A stretch of DNA of 64,000 bases from a bacterium (GTDB lineage: Bacteria; SAR324; NAC60-12). The notes below the pieces were generated by a model that had not been told where the DNA came from, did no database searches, and saw only the letters and a list, made by a program, of their open reading frames with translations. Below are positions 57,186 to 64,000 of this stretch, piece after piece (within the stretch, counting starts at the first letter, position 1; every line of letters starts with the position of its first letter). The position numbers and the translations under genes were made by a program. The stretch lies in contig CBDDTI010000746.1 of NCBI GenBank assembly GCA_965233585.1, positions 704,001 through 768,000 of the forward strand. Reading direction: 5' to 3'.

Positions 57186-59858
57186 TCAGCTTTGCATGAA
57201 GCTGCGTAGGACAGTGTGGAGGATTCCACCATTTTTGTAATAATGAATTTCCACAGGCGTATCAAGCCGACACAAGACTGGAATTTCGCGTTCATTGACT
57301 TTGAGAGTCAGTTGCTGTTGTGGTTGAATGTTGTCATCAATTCCTAGCACTGAAAAAGATTCTGTTCCTGTCAAGCCAAGTGATTCTGCTGAATCACCCT
57401 GTAAAAATTGCAAAGGTAAAACGCCCATGCCAATTAAATTAGAACGATGAATCCGCTCGTAACTGATGGCAAGCACTGCCTTGACTCCCAGTAAAAACGT
57501 CCCTTTTGCCGCCCAGTCTCTTGAGGAACCCGTCCCATATTCAGCACCTGCTAAAACAATGAGAGGAACGCCTTCATCGTGGTAACGCATGGCAGCATCG
57601 TAAATAGACATTTGTTGGTCGCTGGTCAAGTGCTTGGTGAAGCCTCCCTCTTTTTCAGGAGTGAGCTGATTCCTGATTCTCACATTGGCAAAAGTCCCCC
57701 GTGTCATCACACGATCATTGCCACGTCTTGAACCATAAGAGTTAAAATCTTTTTGTTCTACTCCTTGTTCCAAAAGATACCTTCCTGCTGGGGTATCAGG
57801 GGCAAAAGAACCTGCTGGCGAAATATGGTCAGTTGTGACAGAGTCCCCTAATTTTGCCAAAACTAGGGCATCTTTGATCTCTTGCAATGGCTTGACTTCA
57901 GAGCTTAAACCTGTAAAGAATGGAGGGTTTTGAATGTAGGTTGATTGTTCGTCCCATTGATAAAGTTCACCCGATTTGGTCTCAATTTGATTCCAGAGTT
58001 TTGAACTGTTGCCCACGTCTTCGTAACGTTTTTGGTAAAGGTCAGGAGAGATGAGAGCAACAGCCTCTTGAATTTCTTGATTGGAAGGCCAGATGTCTTT
58101 GAGATAGACAGGGTTGCCATGAGAATCATCGCCCAATGGTTCTGTCTCTAAATCTAGGTCAACAGTTCCCGCAATGCTATATGCAACAACTAAAGGAGGG
58201 CTAGCAAGGTAGTTTGCTTTGACGTGGGGGCTGATTCTGCCTTCAAAGTTACGATTACCTGACAGCACTGCAGCCACGGTCAAGTTTTTCTCCTTGATGG
58301 CATCAACGATGGGGGCATCTAATGGACCAGAATTTCCAATACAAGTCGTGCAGCCGTATCCCACAGTATGAAACCGCAATGTTTCAAGGAAGGGAGCAAG
58401 TCCTGCTCTTTCAAGATAATCTGTCACCACGCGTGACCCCGGTGCAAGTGATGTCTTCACCCACCACTTAGTAGACAAACCCTTTTCTACTGCTTTTTTA
58501 GCCAGCAAGCCTGCGGCAATCATCACAGAAGGATTGCTTGTATTGGTGCATGAAGTAATAGAGGCAATCACCACCGAACCATGCTTTAAAGACCCCCCAT
58601 GTTGCCAGTGGATTGGGGACTCTTCTTGTTGTCTTTCTTCAGGAATGGCAAAGCCCCGTTCTTCAATGGGAGCAGAAAGCGATTGCTTCCATGCTTTTTT
58701 CATATCTACTAAAGTGATTCTATCTTGGGGGCGTTTAGGTCCTGCAAGTGCTGGTTGAATGGTGTTTAAATCCAGCGTGACGGTGTCAGAAAATTGAGCC
58801 TCTGGGGTTTCTTTAGTTCTGAACATACCTTGTTCTTTGGTGTAACGTTCTACTCGTTGCACCAGTTCATCAGGGCGTCCTGTCTCTTTCAAATACTGCA
58901 AACTTTTTTCATCAATAGGAAAGAATCCCATTGTCGCTCCATACTCGGGAGCCATGTTGGCAATGGTTGCACGGTCTGCAAGGTTTAGGGAGTCCAGACC
59001 ATTTCCATAAAACTCTACAAATTTCTCAACTACTCCTTTTTTTCTCAAAATTTCTACAATACGAAGCACAAGGTCAGTGGCAGTGACTCCAGTTGGCAAT
59101 GACCCTTCTAGCTGAAAGCCAACCACTTGAGGTGTCAGCATTCCCACAGGTTGCCCGAGCATCACCGATTCTGCTTCAATTCCACCAACTCCCCAGCCCA
59201 AAATGCCAAGACCGTTGATCATTGTCGTATGGGAATCAGTACCAACCACAGTATCAGGAAAACACACTCCATCTCTCAACTGCACTACTTCGGCAAGGTA
59301 TTCTAAATTCACCTGATGAATGATACCAATCCCTGGTGGAACAACTCGGAAGTTTTGAAACGCCTGCTGAGCCCATTTCAACAATTCATATCGCTCATGG
59401 TTTCTCATAAATTCTTTTTGCATGTTCTGGTCTAATGCTTTGGTATGACCAAAAAAATCAACTTGCACAGAATGGTCTATCACTAAATCTACTGGCACAC
59501 GTGGGTTGATGACAGCAGGATTCCCCCCGATTTTGTGCATACATTCCCGCAGCGATGCCAAATCCACTACGGCAGGGACACCTGTAAAATCTTGCAACAC
59601 CACACGGGTTGGCTTAAATGGCATCTCTTGACTTGGGCTTGAATCACCCCAGTTGGCGAGGCTTTCTACATCTTCAGGAAAGACTTGAAAATCGTCAACA
59701 TTACGCAATAACTGCTCCAGTAACACTTTGATAGAAAAAGGTAGGCGATTGACATGCCCTACTCCGCCTTTTTCAAGTTGGTCTAATCTGTAAATTTTGG
59801 CTTGTCCTGTTCCTGTTTCAAACTTTCTACACGACCCAAAAACGTTGTCTTGTCTCAT
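57186..59858 (-). CDS. acnA: aconitate hydratase A
   Basis: [60 protein letters not shown]. Confidence 0.97.
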   Translation of the reverse strand: MRQDNVFGSCRKFETGTGQAKIYRLDQLEKGGVGHVNRLPFSIKVLLEQLLRNVDDFQVFPEDVESLANWGDSSPSQEMPFKPTRVVLQDFTGVPAVVDLASLRECMHKIGGNPAVINPRVPVDLVIDHSVQVDFFGHTKALDQNMQKEFMRNHERYELLKWAQQAFQNFRVVPPGIGIIHQVNLEYLAEVVQLRDGVCFPDTVVGTDSHTTMINGLGILGWGVGGIEAESVMLGQPVGMLTPQVVGFQLEGSLPTGVTATDLVLRIVEILRKKGVVEKFVEFYGNGLDSLNLADRATIANMAPEYGATMGFFPIDEKSLQYLKETGRPDELVQRVERYTKEQGMFRTKETPEAQFSDTVTLDLNTIQPALAGPKRPQDRITLVDMKKAWKQSLSAPIEERGFAIPEERQQEESPIHWQHGGSLKHGSVVIASITSCTNTSNPSVMIAAGLLAKKAVEKGLSTKWWVKTSLAPGSRVVTDYLERAGLAPFLETLRFHTVGYGCTTCIGNSGPLDAPIVDAIKEKNLTVAAVLSGNRNFEGRISPHVKANYLASPPLVVAYSIAGTVDLDLETEPLGDDSHGNPVYLKDIWPSNQEIQEAVALISPDLYQKRYEDVGNSSKLWNQIETKSGELYQWDEQSTYIQNPPFFTGLSSEVKPLQEIKDALVLAKLGDSVTTDHISPAGSFAPDTPAGRYLLEQGVEQKDFNSYGSRRGNDRVMTRGTFANVRIRNQLTPEKEGGFTKHLTSDQQMSIYDAAMRYHDEGVPLIVLAGAEYGTGSSRDWAAKGTFLLGVKAVLAISYERIHRSNLIGMGVLPLQFLQGDSAESLGLTGTESFSVLGIDDNIQPQQQLTLKVNEREIPVLCRLDTPVEIHYYKNGGILHTVLRSFMQS

Positions 59859-60115
59859 AATATCTTCCTTAGAGTAAATGACTATATTGATTTGATAGGA
59901 GCTTGTTATTCTGACATGAATTGAGTTTTTTGAAAATTCCTAACACACAGAAAGGGTAGATTTGATTAAAAAATCACAAAATTGTGCATATTTGTATTGA
60001 CTCATTTGTGAGTTTGCTTAATCCTATTACGTCATTGCTGTGTTTTATGGCAATGAGGGGAAAAGAGCATGTTGCTTTTTTTCTAATCATTTAACTAATT
60101 TTTAACAGGAGTATT

Positions 60116-60565
60116 ATGAAAAAAATTATACTGGCGGCACTACTTCCATTTGGAATCTCTTTTGTCAACACTGCATTTGCAGCAGAATGTGAAGTCGTTG
60201 TTGAAGGCAATGACATCATGCAATTCAGCACGAAGCAAATTTCAGTTCCTTCCAGTTGCGAAAACTTCAAAGTGACTTTGAAGCATGTAGGACAACTACC
60301 CAAAGCGGCTATGGGACACAATATTGTAGTGAGCAAGAAAGCAGATGCGGCTGCTGTCGCAGGCGCCGCCATAGGAGCAGGGCTTGCCAAAGAGTATGTC
60401 CCCCAAGATGGTAAAGTGATTGCTGCAACCAAACTGGTTGGAGGTGGTGAAACTGCATCAACCACCATTGACGTCTCCAAATTACAAAAAGGAGAAAGCT
60501 ACTTGTTTTATTGCACTTTCCCAGGTCATTTTGCCATCATGCAAGGTGCTTTGACCCTAAATTAA
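60116..60565 (+). CDS. azu: azurin (blue copper protein)
   Basis: signal peptide then AECEV; MGHN; YCTFPGH...M copper ligands. Confidence 0.95.
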   Translation: MKKIILAALLPFGISFVNTAFAAECEVVVEGNDIMQFSTKQISVPSSCENFKVTLKHVGQLPKAAMGHNIVVSKKADAAAVAGAAIGAGLAKEYVPQDGKVIAATKLVGGGETASTTIDVSKLQKGESYLFYCTFPGHFAIMQGALTLN

Positions 60566-60574
60566 TTGGTGAAT

Positions 60575-60603
60575 TGGGGTTTTTTTGAAACAAAAAGCCC
60601 CAA
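60575..60603 (+). terminator. hairpin after azurin
   Basis: TTGGGGTTTTT...AAAAAGCCCCAA. Confidence 0.55.
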
Positions 60604-60646
60604 AGAATTTTCTTTTCATTTCTTATTTCTTCATTGTGAAAAAGCC

Positions 60647-61159
60647 ATGATTCAAAATATATTTTACAAACTTCTTTCAGCGGTTGACCGTTTGCAACCT
60701 TTTGAAAGGGCATCAGCCCATTGTGATGTCCCTTGTGGAATCTATGACCCTTCTACTGCACAAATTTCTGCACTGACTGTGATTCGTATGATTGACCTCA
60801 TCAAAAGTGCAGAAGCTGAAGGTGGAGAAAAAGATGCGTCTTACTTTCATACATTGTCCCGTAGAGTTGCAGAAAAAGAACGACATGCGGCTCAATGTAA
60901 AGAAGAGGTTCGCATCATTTGGGGTGATTATTTCAAAGCTCCACAAATTGAAGCACACCCTTCTATTCACGAAAAGGTGCATGCCATCATGCTGCTGGGG
61001 TCCAAAGCTAGGCAAACTCTTGACAAAGATGCTGCTCTTCAGTTGCTTGAAAAAGTCAATGAATTTGCAGAGATCTTTTGGCAAACCAAAGGAGTCAAAA
61101 CGAAAAGGGCGATTTGTCCTTATGAACCAAAACAAGAGGTTGTTTATCCTGATTTATAG
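60647..61159 (+). CDS. sodN: nickel superoxide dismutase precursor
   Basis: prosequence then HCDVPCGIYDP nickel hook; IIWGDYFK; start at ATG 60647. Confidence 0.95.
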   Translation: MIQNIFYKLLSAVDRLQPFERASAHCDVPCGIYDPSTAQISALTVIRMIDLIKSAEAEGGEKDASYFHTLSRRVAEKERHAAQCKEEVRIIWGDYFKAPQIEAHPSIHEKVHAIMLLGSKARQTLDKDAALQLLEKVNEFAEIFWQTKGVKTKRAICPYEPKQEVVYPDL

Positions 61160-61162
61160 CCG

Positions 61163-61450
61163 ATGCTTCGGATTGTTCGTGTGCAAGGTTCTAGCATGGA
61201 GCCTCATTATCACAATGGCGATTTTGTGATTGTGGGCAAAATGCGTTGGTTCCCAATACGGATAGGACAGGCTGTTGTGTTTTGGTCTCCAAGTCTTGGA
61301 TTCCTGATTAAGAAGTTAATTCAAGTGAGTGATGACGGCTTTTATGTAGAAGGCACGAATCCCCAAAGTTTGACTTCTCAACAAATAGGACTGATTCCGC
61401 ATCAAGACATGCTGGGAAGAGTCCTTTTTCAAATTTCTTTAAAAACTTAA
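61163..61450 (+). CDS. sodX: NiSOD maturation protease (S26-like)
   Basis: RVQGSSMEP..GD, LIKK, G.N..S..S...G; immediately after sodN. Confidence 0.88.
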   Translation: MLRIVRVQGSSMEPHYHNGDFVIVGKMRWFPIRIGQAVVFWSPSLGFLIKKLIQVSDDGFYVEGTNPQSLTSQQIGLIPHQDMLGRVLFQISLKT

Positions 61451-61475
61451 TCTTAAAATAAAATTGGAGTTCGTT

Positions 61476-61679
61476 ATGATTCGTTCGTTCGTCTTTGTAT
61501 CCCTTGCCCTTCTTCCTGTACAAGTCTTGGCTCACCCCGTTTCGGAGGCAGGTTTTCTACATTATCTACTAGAAGCAGATCACTTGCTGGTGGCTCTTTT
61601 AGTCAGTGCTTTAGTTGTGAAATGTGGTCAAGCGTTGATACCATCATTGATGAAGAAAAAAGACAAAGAAAATCGCTGA
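61476..61679 (+). CDS. small membrane protein resembling the N-terminus of HupE/UreJ nickel transporters
   Basis: signal peptide then AHP...AGFLH.L...DHLL; single TM helix; GGAG RBS before ATG 61476. Confidence 0.5.
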   Translation: MIRSFVFVSLALLPVQVLAHPVSEAGFLHYLLEADHLLVALLVSALVVKCGQALIPSLMKKKDKENR

Positions 61680-61710
61680 AAAGCTAAAAACTTGGTCATT
61701 GGTCTTTTGG

Positions 61711-61730
61711 GTGTGCCTCCGATGGCACAC
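61711..61730. terminator. hairpin between convergent genes
   Basis: GTGTGCC-TCCGAT-GGCACAC. Confidence 0.55.
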
Positions 61731-61764
61731 TTCAAAGGCAGTGTTTCTAAATCAATTCTCTGCT

Positions 61765-62358
61765 CTAAATGAGTTCTCTTCGTCCGCTAAATGCCTCAAT
61801 CAATGTGATGTCATCGGCATATTCCAGCTCTCCTCCAGACGGCAACCCTCTTGCCAACCTTGAAAGTGTGACGTCAAACTTTTCCAAATAGTCCTTTAAA
61901 AACAATGCTGTTGCCTCTCCTGACACTGTGGAATTTGTTGCCAGAATGACCTCTTTGACCGATTTGAGACGTGCATCTAGTTGGGAAATGGTCAACTGTT
62001 CTGCTCCAATGCCATCTAAAGGAGAAATAGCTCCCATCAGCACATGGTAGCGTCCGCGATAGGCATTGCTTTTTTCAATGGAAAAAATATTGTGAGGTTG
62101 TTCTACGATGCACAACAATTCATCTCGTCGCGAAGGGTCGTTGCAAATACCACAAAGGTCTTGTTCTGTGAAGGCATAGCATTGTGAACAAAAGCGGACT
62201 TTCTGTTTGACTGCAAGAATGGCATCAGCCAGACGTGCAGAGTCTTCTGGGGTGTCTCTCAAAACTTTCAATGCTAACCTTTGAGCCGTACGCCTTCCGA
62301 CACTTGGCAGTTTAGAAAATTCTTGTATGAGTCTTTCTAGCGAGGGTGGAAATTCCAT
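61765..62358 (-). CDS. recR: recombination mediator RecR
   Basis: LPSVGRRTAQRLA, C4 zinc finger, YHVLMGAISPLDG, EVILATN..GEATA, GGELEYAD; start at ATG 62358. Confidence 0.96.
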   Translation of the reverse strand: MEFPPSLERLIQEFSKLPSVGRRTAQRLALKVLRDTPEDSARLADAILAVKQKVRFCSQCYAFTEQDLCGICNDPSRRDELLCIVEQPHNIFSIEKSNAYRGRYHVLMGAISPLDGIGAEQLTISQLDARLKSVKEVILATNSTVSGEATALFLKDYLEKFDVTLSRLARGLPSGGELEYADDITLIEAFSGRRELI

Positions 62359-62466
62359 AATCAAAAAAATAGAAAATTTTAAAATAGACCTCCTAAAATT
62401 GAAAGGTCTTGGCAAGAGATTCAAAATCAACATATTCCAACCAACCATCACTAGATTGCAATAAGT

Positions 62467-64000
62467 TTAGAAATAATGATGCAATGCCAGCCCTATCTCT
62501 CCATCGGTAAGTTTTCCAGCCATAGATTCATTTTTCCATTCCAGACGCATTTCCCAAAGTCTTGTCAAACTCCATGAGTTGTTGAAAAAAACTTTCTGTC
62601 TGCGGATAGAATCACCAATCCATGAGTGATGCCATGTTGAGCCAAGCTCAAACTTCCAATTTTGCAAGGGATTAGCAAGAAGTCCTATTTGAGGGAATGC
62701 ACCTGCAATCAGCTGGTCTTGAAAAGATTGATGCTGCCATAAGAACGCACCTGCCATGAAATAAACCTCCATTCTTTGAGCCGTTTCAAAGGTCAATGTT
62801 TTACCAAAGCCTCCTTCAAATTTTTTTACGTGGTTCAAAGTTTGGTCGGTCTCTAATCCCAAACGAAAACCCCATGCCCACTTGGCAAAAAAGGGAAGTG
62901 CCAGCGACGCACCATTCAATGCCCTCACTCTAATCAAATCTAACTGGTGCAGTTTGACTTCGTCATCAGCTGTTCTCAACCTCAAGTCCAAAGTCACCAA
63001 ATCTGCATCAAACACACGTCCAATGTCTAAGCCTAAAACATCATGGTAAGACGTCCAAATGCCTAATTCTGTGAAAGATTCCTTTGAGTTGTTTTGGAAT
63101 TGGGCAAGACGTAGGCGATGAGGAGGAGAGCCTTGCGTGGGAGGGCGAAGACGGAACGGAGCAAGTGGTTTTTCAGCAGGAAGCTGGCTTCTCATTTGAA
63201 GCAGTTGAATCCTTTGCTGTTTGGAAAGTAAAGGAGAATCATTTGCTTTTCTGTATTGATGGTAATCAAGGAGCAGGTCAAGAGATTCTGCTTGTTCTTC
63301 ATCGGTTGCTTTTTGAAAAAGTGGGTCATTCCAGCTGTCTGGGGATTCTGCGAGTGTTGAAAACAAAAGGCGTGCAGTAGGCGAGGCTTGCGAGAGACGT
63401 TGTAATAGTTTTCTTTCACGGGAGGGAATCAATCTAATGTTGGAGACAAGAGGTTTTGTTTGGTCTGATGTTTTCATTGTGGCAAGTGATTCAAACACTT
63501 CCAGAGGCATGAGCCAAAGCTGATGTTCCTGTGTCAAACTTGGTGTGTCCCATGCCATTTCCAAAAGTTCTGCCAGCCTGTATGCACAATTTTCTTTAAA
63601 AAAGAAGTAATCAAATTCTCCATTCAAAAGAAGTTCCCAAGCATGAGAGACGACACGCATCATTTCATACTTCGTCAAACGCAGCTCATATTCCCATAAA
63701 TCCCGCAACTCTGATTCACCATAAAGATTAGAAAAGTTATAAAACCGCTCATCTGCAAGGCGTCCTTTGTATGCACCAAAAACTCCCTTCAACGCATAAG
63801 ACAAGACACCATCATCTGGAGAAATCAATGCACCAAAATTCAGTGTTGGGGAAAGCAGAGGGTGTCCAAAGATTCCACTGGTGTAATTCAGTCTCATTAA
63901 AAGATGACCATAGATAGATGCAGGATTGCCCATGTAAGAAGAGGCAAAGATCATGCTGATTGAACCCAAACTTTCCAAATTTGCCCACTTTTCAAAGGCT
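62467..64000 (-). CDS. DUF4105 (Lnb N-terminal-like) domain protein with beta-barrel-like C-terminus; 5' end outside the window
   Basis: FAS.Y..NPASIYGHLLMR, E.RDLWEYEL, YFFFKENCAY. Confidence 0.75.
   Translation of the reverse strand, partial: AFEKWANLESLGSISMIFASSYMGNPASIYGHLLMRLNYTSGIFGHPLLSPTLNFGALISPDDGVLSYALKGVFGAYKGRLADERFYNFSNLYGESELRDLWEYELRLTKYEMMRVVSHAWELLLNGEFDYFFFKENCAYRLAELLEMAWDTPSLTQEHQLWLMPLEVFESLATMKTSDQTKPLVSNIRLIPSRERKLLQRLSQASPTARLLFSTLAESPDSWNDPLFQKATDEEQAESLDLLLDYHQYRKANDSPLLSKQQRIQLLQMRSQLPAEKPLAPFRLRPPTQGSPPHRLRLAQFQNNSKESFTELGIWTSYHDVLGLDIGRVFDADLVTLDLRLRTADDEVKLHQLDLIRVRALNGASLALPFFAKWAWGFRLGLETDQTLNHVKKFEGGFGKTLTFETAQRMEVYFMAGAFLWQHQSFQDQLIAGAFPQIGLLANPLQNWKFELGSTWHHSWIGDSIRRQKVFFNNSWSLTRLWEMRLEWKNESMAGKLTDGEIGLALHHYF

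Noticed and set aside
60566..60646. Extended N-terminus of sodN given by the ORF track
   Set aside because: It runs through the azurin terminator hairpin; ATG 60647 gives a normal prosequence.
761..63419. Numerous short antisense or alternate-frame ORFs in the track
   Set aside because: They lie wholly within well-supported genes and show no motifs; treated as shadow ORFs.
1..64000. tRNA/rRNA genes or prophage
   Set aside because: No cloverleaf, rRNA-like segment, integrase or phage structural gene was recognised.

Overview
Bacterial genomic window, moderately AT-rich. The centre (3.3-52.8 kb) is a ~49 kb polyol/rare-sugar catabolic island lying entirely on the + strand. It carries an EryD regulator, EryA, EryB, parts of three CUT1 ABC transporters, three FGGY kinases, a PfkB kinase, class II aldolases, SDRs, an AraM-like dehydrogenase and a HAD hydrolase. 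The island is repeatedly interrupted at gene boundaries by foreign and defence cargo. The most striking insert (17.5-26 kb) is a Type III R-M locus built as an array: mod1-[PIN TA pair]-mod2-[DUF433/DUF5615 TA pair]-(54-bp mod 3' tail)-[HEPN/MNT TA pair]-res. Each of the three unrelated toxin-antitoxin pairs starts directly behind a copy of the same mod 3' end, which supplies its ribosome-binding site. Other inserts are a BcgI-like R-M-S fusion, AT-rich ORFans, and decayed BrnT, HicA and restriction-enzyme remnants. A duplicated ~190-bp promoter/leader with a conserved hairpin plus U-tract precedes two binding-protein genes. The right border (52.8-57.1 kb) is a field of REP-like palindromes holding three IS1-family elements. 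The flanks are housekeeping genes: hldE and a DsbA-like gene on the left; acnA, azurin, sodN/sodX, recR and a DUF4105-like gene on the right. All family assignments come from motif recognition by eye; no searches were run.
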